From: Desulfobacterales bacterium
GTDB lineage: Bacteria > Desulfobacterota > Desulfobacteria > Desulfobacterales > SpSt-501
Direction: 5' to 3' (one strand)
DNA: 64,000 bases
Assembly (NCBI GenBank): GCA_037481615.1
Contig: JBBFLI010000018.1
Below the pieces are notes generated by a model. It did not search any database. It saw only the letters and a list, made by a program, of their open reading frames with translations, and was not told where the DNA came from. Positions 48,828-58,170 of the stretch are shown here, piece by piece; position 1 is the stretch's first letter, and each line of letters begins with the position of its first letter. The position numbers and the translations under genes were made by a program.

Positions 48828-49561
48828 TCGCCCGCGCCGCCGCGCGGCTTCACCGGACCCGGCGCGCGGTCGCCCTGACCGGTGCCGGCATCTCGATCGC
48901 GAGCGGGATCCCCCCCTTCCGCGGCAAGGGGGGCCTCTGGGAAAAATACGACCCGATGGAGATCGCGAGCATCGATGCGCTGCTCGCCGACCCCGCCCGC
49001 GTCTGGAAGGTGCTCGTCAAGGACCTGAAGGCGGTCATCGACCGGGCGCGGCCCAACGCCGGCCACCTGGGGCTCGCCCGCCTCGAGGCCCTGGGGATCC
49101 TCGAGACCGTGATCACCCAGAACATCGACGGCCTCCATCAGCGGGCCGGCAACACGGATGTGATCGAGTTCCACGGGACCTTCGCCTGGCAGCGCTGCAT
49201 GGGCTGCGGGGCGCGGGTCGAAACCCGCCTCGTGGACGACTCCGTCCTCCCCCCCCGCTGCGCCTGCGGCGGGATCCTGCGCCCCGATGCCGTCTTCTTC
49301 GGCGAGATGATCCCCTTCGAGGCCCTCGTTCGCGCCCGCGAGGCGGCCGAGCGCTGCGAGGTCATGCTCGTCGTCGGCACCTCGGCCGTCGTCCAGCCCG
49401 CGGCGGGCATCCCCGCGATCGCCCGCGAATGCGGCGCCACGGTGATCGAGATCAACCCCGAGCCGACCCCCCTCACGGGGGCGGTGAGCGATTTTCTCAT
49501 CCCCGCCGGCGCGGACGAGGTCCTGCCCCTCATCCTGGCGGAGCTGGAAGCCCGACGGTGA
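48815..49561 (+). CDS. cobB: NAD-dependent protein deacylase (Sir2/CobB family)
   Basis: GAGISIASGIPPFRG and TQNIDGLH. Zn ribbon CMGCG...CACGG. The start overlaps prmA by 13 nt. Confidence 0.88.
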   Translation: MQELIARAAARLHRTRRAVALTGAGISIASGIPPFRGKGGLWEKYDPMEIASIDALLADPARVWKVLVKDLKAVIDRARPNAGHLGLARLEALGILETVITQNIDGLHQRAGNTDVIEFHGTFAWQRCMGCGARVETRLVDDSVLPPRCACGGILRPDAVFFGEMIPFEALVRAREAAERCEVMLVVGTSAVVQPAAGIPAIARECGATVIEINPEPTPLTGAVSDFLIPAGADEVLPLILAELEARR

Positions 49562-51099
49562 ACGCCCCCTCCTGGGTCTTCCCTTTGCGTCTGACGCCGC
49601 CCAGCCTGCGCGACAACACGGCGGACGCCGACCGTCTGGCCGCCGCCCTGCGCCGGGAAACCGGCGCCGAGGTCCTCCTCCCGCTCGAGCTCCTGCGCGA
49701 TCTGCCGGCGGTGCTGCGCGCGGCCGACTGGCGCGTGCGCTGCGCCCTCTTCCGCGAGGGGGAGCGCTGGATCGCAACGGGGGTCTTTCCGGGGGAGGAG
49801 GGGCCCTCGCCGCTCGGCGCCGCCGTGGACCTGGGGACGACCCGGGTCGCCGTGCGGCTCCTGGAGCTTTCCCCCGGCCGCATCCTGGCCGAGAGCGGCT
49901 TCGACAACCCCCAGACGGCGATCGGCCCCGACGTTCTGACCCGCATCCACCATGCGGCGACCCCGGGGGGGCTCGAGGCGCTCGCCTCCGGCGTGCGCCG
50001 GGCCCTGAGCGAGGCGCTCTCCGGTCTGCTCGCGGCCCACGGCCGGGACCCCCGAGGGTTGACCCATCTCGCGGTCGCGGGCAACACCGCCATGACGCAC
50101 CTCTTGCTCGGCCTCGACCCCGGGCGCATGATCCGCGAGCCCTACATCCCCGTGGTGAACCGCCCGGGGCTGATCGCCGCGCGGGATCTCGATCTCGCCG
50201 TCGCGCCGGCGGCCCGGGTGTTCGTCTTCCCCAACATCGGCAGCTACTTCGGGGGGGATCTCGTCGCCGGGATCCTCTTCTCCGGGCTGCACCGCCGGGC
50301 CGAGCCGGCGATCCTCGTCGACGTGGGGACGAACGCCGAGGTCGTGCTCGGCTGCCGCGACTGGATGATCGGTTGCGCCGGCGCGGCCGGCCCGGCGCTG
50401 GAGGGCGGGATGAGCCGTATCGGGATGACCGCCGCCCCCGGCGCGGTCGACCGCGTGGCGGTAGACCCGGCGACCGGCGAACTCGTCTTCCACACGATCG
50501 GCGGGGCCCCCCCCCGGGGCATCTGCGGCTCGGGGATGATCGACCTCGCCGCCTGCCTCTTCCGCGCCGGGCTGATCGACGCCCGCGGCCGCTTCGTCCC
50601 GGCGGCCTGCGGCGGGCGGCTCCTCGGCGAGGGGGGCGACCGCCTGCTCCTCGTCCCGGCCGACCGCTCGGGGACCGGCGAGGACCTCACGATCGGCCAG
50701 GCGGAGATCGACAGCCTCATCCGCTCCAAGGCCGCCATGTACACGATCCTCGAGACCCTCTGCCTGAGCGTCGGGCTCCGCCTCGAGGAGATCGACACCT
50801 TCTTCGTCGCCGGCACCTTCGGCTGCTTCATCGACCCGCGCTCGGCGGCGACGATCGGCATGCTTCCCGCCCTTCCCGCCGAGCGCTTCCTCCCCCTGGG
50901 CAACAGCTCGCTCGAGGGGGCGAGCCTCCTGCTCGCCTGTCCGGGGTGCCTCGAGGAGATTCCGCGCATCCGCGACCGCATCACCTACCTCGAACTGAAC
51001 GTGAACGCCGACTTCATGAACCGCTTCAGCGCGGCCAAGTTCCTTCCCCACACCGACGCCGCGCGCTTTGCCGGATCCCCCGGCGGAGGGTCCCGATGA
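49558..51099 (+). CDS. ASKHA-fold ATPase of the RACo / DUF4445 family (corrinoid-activation-like), lacking the N-terminal [2Fe-2S] domain
   Basis: AVDLGTTRVAV, VAGNTAMTHLLLG, LVDVGTNAEVVLG and ICGSGMIDL phosphate/adenosine motifs. The GTG start overlaps the cobB stop (GTGA). There is no Cys-rich ferredoxin N-terminus. Confidence 0.72.
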   Translation: MNAPSWVFPLRLTPPSLRDNTADADRLAAALRRETGAEVLLPLELLRDLPAVLRAADWRVRCALFREGERWIATGVFPGEEGPSPLGAAVDLGTTRVAVRLLELSPGRILAESGFDNPQTAIGPDVLTRIHHAATPGGLEALASGVRRALSEALSGLLAAHGRDPRGLTHLAVAGNTAMTHLLLGLDPGRMIREPYIPVVNRPGLIAARDLDLAVAPAARVFVFPNIGSYFGGDLVAGILFSGLHRRAEPAILVDVGTNAEVVLGCRDWMIGCAGAAGPALEGGMSRIGMTAAPGAVDRVAVDPATGELVFHTIGGAPPRGICGSGMIDLAACLFRAGLIDARGRFVPAACGGRLLGEGGDRLLLVPADRSGTGEDLTIGQAEIDSLIRSKAAMYTILETLCLSVGLRLEEIDTFFVAGTFGCFIDPRSAATIGMLPALPAERFLPLGNSSLEGASLLLACPGCLEEIPRIRDRITYLELNVNADFMNRFSAAKFLPHTDAARFAGSPGGGSR

Positions 51100-52241
51100 G
51101 TCGACCGATCTATCTCGACTACAACGCCACCACCCCCCACCACCCCGAGGTCATCGCCGCGATGCGGCCCTTCCTCGAGGAGGAGTTCGGCAACCCCGCG
51201 AGCGGCCACCTCTACGCCGTCCGCCCGCGGCAGGCGATCGGGCGGGCGCGCCGTCAGGTCGCGGCCCTCCTCGGCTGCGCGCCGGAGGAGGTCTTCTTCA
51301 CGAGCGGCGGAACGGAAGCGAACAACTGGGCGATCCTTTCGACCGCCCTCGCCCTCGCCGGCCGCGGCCGGCACATCGTGACCAGCCGCATCGAGCACCC
51401 GGCGGTGCTCCACGTCTGCCGCTTTCTCGAGGAGCGCTTCGGCTTCGAGGTGACGCGGGTCGCGGTCGACGGCCACGGCCGGGTCGATCCCGAAGCGGTG
51501 GCGGCGGCGCTGCGGCCGGAAACGGTGCTGGTGAGCATCATGCACGCAAACAACGAGGTGGGCACGATCCAGCCGATCGCCGCGATCGCGCGGCTGGCGC
51601 GGGCGCGCGGCATCCGCGTGCACACCGACGCCGCCCAGTCGCTCGGCAAGATCCCCGTGCGGGTCGAGGAGCTCGGCGTCGATCTGCTGTCCGTCGCCGG
51701 CCACAAGCTCTACGCGCCCAAGGGCGTGGGGGCGCTCTATGTGCGGCGGGGAACCGCGCTCGGCCCGCTCCTCCACGGGGCGGGCCAAGAGGGGGGGATG
51801 CGCGCCGGGACCGAAAACGTCCTCGAAATCGTGGGCCTCGGCCAGGCCTGCGAGATCGCCGCCCGCGACCTCCCGGAGACCCGGGCGCGCCTGCAGTCCC
51901 TTCGGGACCGGCTGCAAACCGCGCTCGCCGCGGCGGTCCCGGAGATGCGGGTGAACGGCCATCCCGTGGAGCGCCTGCCCAACACGCTCAGCGTCTCCTT
52001 CCGCGGCCTGGCCGCCAACCGGATCCTCGAGGCGATCGGCCTCGAGGTGGCCGCCTCGGCGGGAGCCGCCTGTCACGCGGACCGCACGGAAATCTCGCAC
52101 GTGCTCGCGGCGATGGGGATTCCCGAGGAGTGGGCGGCCGGGACGCTGCGGCTCACGACCGGCCGCATGACCACGACGGCGGAAATCGATGCCGCCGCGG
52201 CCGTGATCGCCCGCGCGGTCGGCTCGCTCAGCCGCCTCTGA
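51096..52241 (+). CDS. PLP-dependent cysteine desulfurase (NifS/IscS class)
   Basis: YLDYNATTP, SGGTEANN, PLP lysine in AGHKLYAPKG, catalytic Cys in SAGAACH. The ATG overlaps the upstream stop (ATGA). Confidence 0.9.
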   Translation: MSRPIYLDYNATTPHHPEVIAAMRPFLEEEFGNPASGHLYAVRPRQAIGRARRQVAALLGCAPEEVFFTSGGTEANNWAILSTALALAGRGRHIVTSRIEHPAVLHVCRFLEERFGFEVTRVAVDGHGRVDPEAVAAALRPETVLVSIMHANNEVGTIQPIAAIARLARARGIRVHTDAAQSLGKIPVRVEELGVDLLSVAGHKLYAPKGVGALYVRRGTALGPLLHGAGQEGGMRAGTENVLEIVGLGQACEIAARDLPETRARLQSLRDRLQTALAAAVPEMRVNGHPVERLPNTLSVSFRGLAANRILEAIGLEVAASAGAACHADRTEISHVLAAMGIPEEWAAGTLRLTTGRMTTTAEIDAAAAVIARAVGSLSRL

Positions 52242-52286
52242 AACCCCGAGGCGGGGCCCCGGCGCCCGTCCGGCCCCGGGGGCGCC

Positions 52287-52314
52287 TTGAAATTTTCCCC
52301 GCGCGGGTTATGGT
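52287..52314 (+). promoter_or_regulatory. Sigma-70-like promoter candidate TTGAAA-N16-TATGGT ahead of the relA-like/glycosyl operon
   Basis: TTGAAA at 52287-52292 and TATGGT at 52309-52314. It is preceded by a GGCGCCC...GGGCGCC hairpin after the desulfurase gene. Confidence 0.45.
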
Positions 52315-52442
52315 TTAGCCTCGTTCCGGTTGCGGGCGGCTGCCCTCGGCCGTCTCGTGTCGGCGGCGTCCCGCCGACCCGGCCGGAACCTTCCGCAGAC
52401 AACCCGACCCTCATTCAGCGAAGCCACGCGGAGGCGGAGGCG

Positions 52443-53618
52443 ATGAATCCTTCCCTCGAGGCAGAACCGGCGCTCGACCCGCTCGCCGCACCGCTCAAGG
52501 CCTGCAGGCGCCCGGCGGCCGAGCTCGTCCAGCGCGCCGACCGCGTCGCGCGCTCCTGCGGGGTCGCCGCCGGCGACGCCGCGCGCCGGGCCGCGGCCCG
52601 GATTCTCGAGCACGCCGGCGACCCCGTGGCGGCCGCCGCGGCCCTGCTGGGGGCGGCCCGCTCCCGAGGCGACGCCCCGGCGAGCGTCGAGACCCTGCGG
52701 CGGGAATTCGGGCCCGTCGTCGCCGGGCTCGCCGAGGCCGATCCCAGTCGCTTCCGCCTGGAATCGCCCGGGGACGGGGAACGCCGGGCGCGCTTCGAGG
52801 AGCTGCTCGCGGCCTTCGCCGAGCGCCCCCGCCTGGCCCTGCTCCGGCTCGCCTTCCGGCTGGTCGAGCTCGAGGACGCCCTCTACGGCCGCCGCCACGA
52901 CGGCGAGGCGCTCGCCCGGGAGACGCTCGCTCTCTGGGTGCCGATCGCCGACCGGCTGAGCCTCGGCGGCCTGCGCCGCAGGCTCGAGGATCTCTCGTTC
53001 CGGCTGCTCGATCCCGCCGGCTACGAGGCCCTGCGCGAAAAGATCGCCCCCATCCAGGAGGGCGACGAGCGCTACCTCGCCGCGCTCCGCCGCCATGTCC
53101 AGGAGCTGCTCGAGAGCAACGGCATCCGCGCCGAGATCCAGACGCGCACGAAGAGCCTGCATGCCATCCGGCGCAAGATGCTCCGCACCGGCAAGAACCC
53201 CGAGGAGATCATGGACCGTCTGGGCGTGCGGATCATCGTCGAGACCGTCCCCGAGTGCTACCAGGTCCTCGGCCTCATCCACACGGCCTTCACCCCGGTG
53301 CCGGGGACCTTCGACGACTACATCGGCCGGCCCAAGGACAACGGCTACCAGTCGCTGCACACGGTGGTGATCCCCGTGCGCGAGCTCTCCCACAAGCCGG
53401 TCGAGTTCCAGATCCGCACGCGGCGCATGCACCTCGTCGCCGAGTTCGGCCCGGCCGCCCACTGGCTCTACAAGAACGAGGAGGCCCCGGCGGAAGAGGA
53501 CCCCGCCGCCCGTCGACGCCTGGGGGCGCTGCTCGACGAGGAGCGGCACGCCGAGAGTCTGGAGGCCTTCCTCGAGCGGCTCGCGCGCCGCGTGCCCGAA
53601 GGAGGAGACCGCCCATGA
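52443..53618 (+). CDS. RelA/SpoT-family (p)ppGpp synthetase with degenerate HD domain and no TGS/ACT region
   Basis: Synthetase motifs RTKSLHAIRRK, DRLGVRIIV, GYQSLHT and EFQIRT. The HD signature position reads AAALLGAARS. GGAGG RBS before ATG 52443. Confidence 0.8.
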   Translation: MNPSLEAEPALDPLAAPLKACRRPAAELVQRADRVARSCGVAAGDAARRAAARILEHAGDPVAAAAALLGAARSRGDAPASVETLRREFGPVVAGLAEADPSRFRLESPGDGERRARFEELLAAFAERPRLALLRLAFRLVELEDALYGRRHDGEALARETLALWVPIADRLSLGGLRRRLEDLSFRLLDPAGYEALREKIAPIQEGDERYLAALRRHVQELLESNGIRAEIQTRTKSLHAIRRKMLRTGKNPEEIMDRLGVRIIVETVPECYQVLGLIHTAFTPVPGTFDDYIGRPKDNGYQSLHTVVIPVRELSHKPVEFQIRTRRMHLVAEFGPAAHWLYKNEEAPAEEDPAARRRLGALLDEERHAESLEAFLERLARRVPEGGDRP

Positions 53619-55948
53619 TGAACTCGATGGCTCCCTGGTCCCACGCCCCCCAGGTCGTTCTCATCGGCACCTATCTCCCGCGCCAGTGCGGCATCGCCAC
53701 CTTCACGACCGATCTCCTCCGGGCGCTCGGTCAGGAAATGCCCGAGGGGCGTTTCTGGGCGGTGGCGATGAACGACATGACCGGCGGCCCGACCTACCCG
53801 CCGGAGGTGCGTTTCGAGATCAACCAGCGGGTGCTCGCCGAGTACCGCCTGGCCGCCGACTTCCTGAACATGAAGCGGGTCGACGCGGTCTGCCTGCAGC
53901 ACGAGTACGGCATCTTCGGCGGCGAGTACGGCCACTACATCCTCGATCTCCTGAACGCGCTGCGCATGCCGCTCGTCACCACGCTCCACACGGTGCTCGA
54001 GCGGCCGGAGCCGGGTCAGCTCACGGTGCTCAAGCGGATCGCCCGCATCTCCGACCGGCTCGTCGTCATGAGCCGCAGGAGCGTCGAGGTCCTCGAGCGC
54101 GTCTACGACGTGCCCGGCCGCAAGATCGCCTTCATCCCCCACGGCATCCCCGACGTGCCCTTCGTGGACCCCAACTATTACAAGGACCAGTACGGGGTCG
54201 AGGGCCGCAAGGTCATCCTCACCTTCGGGCTGCTCTCGCCGGGGAAGGGCATCGAAATCATGATCGAGGCGCTGCCGGCCGTGGTCCGGCGCCACCCCGA
54301 GGTGGTCTACCTGGTCCTCGGGGCGACCCACCCCCATGTGCTCCGCGAGCAGGGGGAATCCTACCGCCTCGGCCTGCAGCGCCGCGCGCGCGAGCTCGGC
54401 GTGGGCGACCACGTGATCTTCCACAACCGCTTCGTCGAGCTGGAAGAGCTCTGCCAGGTGCTGGGCGCGGCCGACATCTACGTGACCCCCTACCTCAACC
54501 CCGAGCAGTCCACCTCGGGCACCCTCGCCTACGCCCTCGGCTGCGGCAAGGCCGTCGTCTCGACCCCCTACGGGTATGCCGAGGAGATGCTGGCGGAAGG
54601 CCGCGGTCGGCTGGTGCCCTTCCGCGACCCCGCGGCCCTCGCCGCGGCGATCCTCGAGCTTCTCGACCACGAGAAGGAACGCCACGCCATGCGCAAGCTC
54701 GCCTACACCTCCTGCCGGAACATGGTCTGGCGCGAGGTCGCCCGCAGCTACCTCGAGCTCTTCGCCGCGGTGTGCGGGGAACGCGAGCGTTTTCCGCGGC
54801 CCGTCTTCCGCGCCCGTACGGCGGAGGAGTTTCCGCGCGAGGCGCCCCAGCCGCGGCTCGATCACATCCTGCGCCTGACCGACGACGTGGGCATCCTGCA
54901 GCACGCCCGCTACGGCATCCCCGACCGCCGCCACGGCTACTGCACGGACGACAACGCCCGCGCCCTGATCGCCGTCCTCAAGGCGCGCGAGATGATCGCC
55001 GACGGCGCCCCCCTCGACGATCTCGCCGTGCGCTACTTGAGTTTCCTGCAGCACGCCTTCAACCCCGAAATCGGCCGCTTCCGCAATTTCATGGGCTACG
55101 ACCGCAGCTGGGCCGAGGAGGTGGGCTCCGAGGAAAGCCACGGCCGGGCCGTCTGGGGCCTGGGCGAGGCGATCGCGCTCGCCCCCGCGGAAGACTTCGC
55201 CGCCGCGGCGCGGACCCTCTTCGAGGCGGCCCTGCCGGCCCTCGAGCGCTTCACCTCGCCGCGCGCCTGGGCCTACGCCGCCGCCGGGCTGGAGAGTTAC
55301 CTCAAGCTCTTCCCGGGGGCGAGCGAGGTGCGGCGCCTGCGGGAAGCCTTGGCCCTCAAGCTCTTCGAGCTCTACCGCGCCGTCTCCGCCCCCGACTGGC
55401 CCTGGATCGAACCGTTGCTCGCCTACGCCAACGGCCGCATCGCCCAGGCGCTCATCCTCGGCGGCCGCCGCCTCGGCCACGCGGAGATGCTGGCCGCCGG
55501 ACTGGAGTGCCTGCGCTGGCTCTTCGCCGTCCAGACCGACCCCCGGGGCCATCTCGTCCCGGTCGGCAACAAGGGCTGGTACCCCCGCGGCGGGGAGCGC
55601 GCCCGCTTCGACCAGCAGCCGATCGAGGCGGCCGAGCTGATCGAGGCGGCGCTCGAGGCCTGGGAGGCGACCCGCGCGTCGGAGTGGCTCCAGGCGGCGC
55701 AGCGCTGCCTGGAGTGGTTCCTGGGCGGAAACGATCTCAACACGCCCCTCTACGACCACCGCACCGGCGGCTGCTACGACGGGCTGACCCCCACCGGCCC
55801 CAACCGCAACCAGGGGGCGGAGTCGACGCTCGTCTGCTTTCTGTCGCTGCTCAACCTGAACCAACTCCGCGGCCGGGAGATCGCCGACGGGGAGAAGGAG
55901 CCGGAAGCCCGCCGCGCGCAGCCGGGGACGGAGCGGAGCCATGGCTAA
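53615..55948 (+). CDS. GT4-family glycosyltransferase fused to a C-terminal six-hairpin (alpha/alpha)6-like domain
   Basis: N-terminal GTYLPRQCGIATF and a GT-B fold with the E-x7-E region (PYGYAEEMLAEG). The ~370-aa C-terminal helical repeat region is W/A/L-rich. The ATG overlaps the relA-like stop (ATGA). Confidence 0.78.
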   Translation: MMNSMAPWSHAPQVVLIGTYLPRQCGIATFTTDLLRALGQEMPEGRFWAVAMNDMTGGPTYPPEVRFEINQRVLAEYRLAADFLNMKRVDAVCLQHEYGIFGGEYGHYILDLLNALRMPLVTTLHTVLERPEPGQLTVLKRIARISDRLVVMSRRSVEVLERVYDVPGRKIAFIPHGIPDVPFVDPNYYKDQYGVEGRKVILTFGLLSPGKGIEIMIEALPAVVRRHPEVVYLVLGATHPHVLREQGESYRLGLQRRARELGVGDHVIFHNRFVELEELCQVLGAADIYVTPYLNPEQSTSGTLAYALGCGKAVVSTPYGYAEEMLAEGRGRLVPFRDPAALAAAILELLDHEKERHAMRKLAYTSCRNMVWREVARSYLELFAAVCGERERFPRPVFRARTAEEFPREAPQPRLDHILRLTDDVGILQHARYGIPDRRHGYCTDDNARALIAVLKAREMIADGAPLDDLAVRYLSFLQHAFNPEIGRFRNFMGYDRSWAEEVGSEESHGRAVWGLGEAIALAPAEDFAAAARTLFEAALPALERFTSPRAWAYAAAGLESYLKLFPGASEVRRLREALALKLFELYRAVSAPDWPWIEPLLAYANGRIAQALILGGRRLGHAEMLAAGLECLRWLFAVQTDPRGHLVPVGNKGWYPRGGERARFDQQPIEAAELIEAALEAWEATRASEWLQAAQRCLEWFLGGNDLNTPLYDHRTGGCYDGLTPTGPNRNQGAESTLVCFLSLLNLNQLRGREIADGEKEPEARRAQPGTERSHG

Positions 55949-57167
55949 CCGTCCGATCGTTCTCGTGAGCTCCTACCCCCCGCGGCTCTGCGGGATCGCC
56001 ACCTTCTGCGAGGAGGCGCGCGAGTTCATCCAGAAGGCGAACCCCGACCGCGACGTGCTGGTCATCTGCCACACCGACGGCCGCGGCGAGGGCGTCTTTC
56101 CCCTGATCGACCTCGCCCGCCGCGACTGGTGGGTGCCGGTGGCGCGGCGGATCGAAAAACTCGACCCGTATGTCGTGCACCTCGAGCACGAGTACGGGCT
56201 CTACGAGTACCGCGACTCCCGGGGGATCGGCGACGGAAACGAGGGCTTTCTCGATCTCCTCGAGGCGATCGGCGCGGTCCCGCTCGTGGTCGAGCCCCAC
56301 ACCGTGCACGGCCGCCTGAGCGACTTCGAGGCCGACTTCATCTTCCGCCTCTGCCAGCGCAGCCACGTCGTCCTCCTCAAGTGCCACTACCAGAAGTGGC
56401 GTCTCGAGTGGACCTTCCAGGGGCGCAACTGGAGCGTGCCGCGCAACGTCATGGTCGTCCCCCACGGCGCACGACCCGACAAGCGCTGGGGCATCCACGA
56501 GATCCCCCGCATCCGCCGCGAACTCGGCCTCGACCGCGCGGGGCTCGCCGATCACGTCGTGGGCATGATCGGCTGGATCCAGAGCAACAAGCGCTGGGAC
56601 ATCCTGCTGTCGATGTGGGAGGAGCTCCACGAGGAGATCCTCCGGCGCACGGGGCAGCCGTGGGACCTGCTCGCCGCCGGGGCGATGCGCGACCCCCACC
56701 ACCGGCGCGACTTCGAGGAGTGGAAATCCGAGGTGCTCACGCTCGAGCGCAAGGGGATCGCCCATTACCGGGAGTTCATCCCGCGCGGCGACGATTACTA
56801 CAAGATGATGGCCGTCTGCGACTTCATCGTGCTGCCGACGATCGACGAGACCCAGTCGGGGACCCTGGCGCGCGTGATCGCGCTGAACAAGCCCTACGTC
56901 ACGACCGCCCCCATGGAGGGGCTGACCGCGCAGACCCTCGAGAGCGAGGGCGGGCTGCTGTTCACGACCAAGGCCATGCTGCGCCAGAAGGTGCTCAAGC
57001 TCGCCTGCGACGAGCGGCTGCGCCTGGAACTCGGCGAAAACCTCCGGCGCTACCTCGACGAAGTCGTCTCCTGGGAGCGGATCGCGCGGCAGTACAACGA
57101 AGCCTACCGGCTCGCGCGCCGGGCCGCCCGCACCGGGGAGCCGGTCGCGCTGGAGCCGGAATTCTGA
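55941..57167 (+). CDS. GT4-family glycosyltransferase (paralogue of the N-terminal half of the previous gene)
   Basis: SSYPPRLCGIATF, similar to the preceding protein, and a GT-B C-terminal half. 8-nt overlap with the upstream gene. Confidence 0.72.
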   Translation: MANRPIVLVSSYPPRLCGIATFCEEAREFIQKANPDRDVLVICHTDGRGEGVFPLIDLARRDWWVPVARRIEKLDPYVVHLEHEYGLYEYRDSRGIGDGNEGFLDLLEAIGAVPLVVEPHTVHGRLSDFEADFIFRLCQRSHVVLLKCHYQKWRLEWTFQGRNWSVPRNVMVVPHGARPDKRWGIHEIPRIRRELGLDRAGLADHVVGMIGWIQSNKRWDILLSMWEELHEEILRRTGQPWDLLAAGAMRDPHHRRDFEEWKSEVLTLERKGIAHYREFIPRGDDYYKMMAVCDFIVLPTIDETQSGTLARVIALNKPYVTTAPMEGLTAQTLESEGGLLFTTKAMLRQKVLKLACDERLRLELGENLRRYLDEVVSWERIARQYNEAYRLARRAARTGEPVALEPEF

Positions 57168-57193
57168 CCCGCCAGGAGGAAGCCTTCGGCACC

Positions 57194-58159
57194 ATGAGCG
57201 ACACCCGTTTTCGCGAACTCTTCCGGCGGCACCCCGCCAACCCCATCCTGCAGACCCGGGATCTCCCCTACCGGGCGAACTCGGTCTTCAACGCCGGGGC
57301 GACGCGCTTCGGGGAAGAGACGCTGCTTCTGCTGCGCGTCGAGGACCGCCGCGGCATGTCGCACCTCACCGTCGCGCGCAGCCCGAACGGCATCGACGGC
57401 TGGGTCATCGACCCCCGGCCGACCCTTCTTCCCGACCCCGAGCGCCACCCCGAGGAACTCTGGGGGATCGAAGACCCCCGGCTGACCCGCATCGAGGAGC
57501 TCGACCTCTGGGCGGTCCTCTATACCTCCTACTCGCGCGGCGGCCCGCTCGTGTCGCTCGCCACCACGCGGGATTTCCGCACCTTCGAGCGCAAGGGGGT
57601 CGTCATGCCCCCCGAGGACAAGGATGCGGCCCTCTTCCCCGTGCGCTTCCGCGGGCGCTGGGCCATGCTCCACCGGCCCGTCACGGCCTTCGCCGGGGTC
57701 GGCGCCCACATCTGGATCTCCTTCAGCCCGGACATGAAGCACTGGGGCGACCACCAGATCCTCATCCCCGCGCGGCAGGGCGGCTGGTGGGACGCGAACA
57801 AGATCGGCCTCTCCCCGCCGCCCCTGCCGACCGCACGCGGCTGGCTGATCCTGTACCACGGGGTCCGGCAGACCGCGGGGGGTTGCATCTACCGGCTGGG
57901 GCTCGCGCTGCTCGACCTCGAAGACCCCACGCGCGTCAAGGCCCGCGCCGACGAGTGGGTCTTCGCCCCCGAGGAGCCCTACGAGGTCACGGGCGACGTG
58001 GACAAGGTCGTCTTCCCCTGCGGCTGGGTGGCCGAGGGCGACGAGGTGCGGCTCTACTACGGCGGGGCCGACAAGTGCATCGCGCTGGCGACCGCGAGCG
58101 TCACCGAGCTCCTCGACTGGGTCGAGGCCCACAAGCAGTGGGACCGCCGGGTCTGCTGA
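57194..58159 (+). CDS. GH130-family glycosidase/beta-mannoside phosphorylase-like protein
   Basis: HPANPIL...VFNAGA...GIEDPRL...DKDAALFP...YHG...YYGGAD: five-bladed beta-propeller GH130 hallmarks, from memory. Confidence 0.78.
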   Translation: MSDTRFRELFRRHPANPILQTRDLPYRANSVFNAGATRFGEETLLLLRVEDRRGMSHLTVARSPNGIDGWVIDPRPTLLPDPERHPEELWGIEDPRLTRIEELDLWAVLYTSYSRGGPLVSLATTRDFRTFERKGVVMPPEDKDAALFPVRFRGRWAMLHRPVTAFAGVGAHIWISFSPDMKHWGDHQILIPARQGGWWDANKIGLSPPPLPTARGWLILYHGVRQTAGGCIYRLGLALLDLEDPTRVKARADEWVFAPEEPYEVTGDVDKVVFPCGWVAEGDEVRLYYGGADKCIALATASVTELLDWVEAHKQWDRRVC

Positions 58160-58170
58160 GGGAGGCCGCC

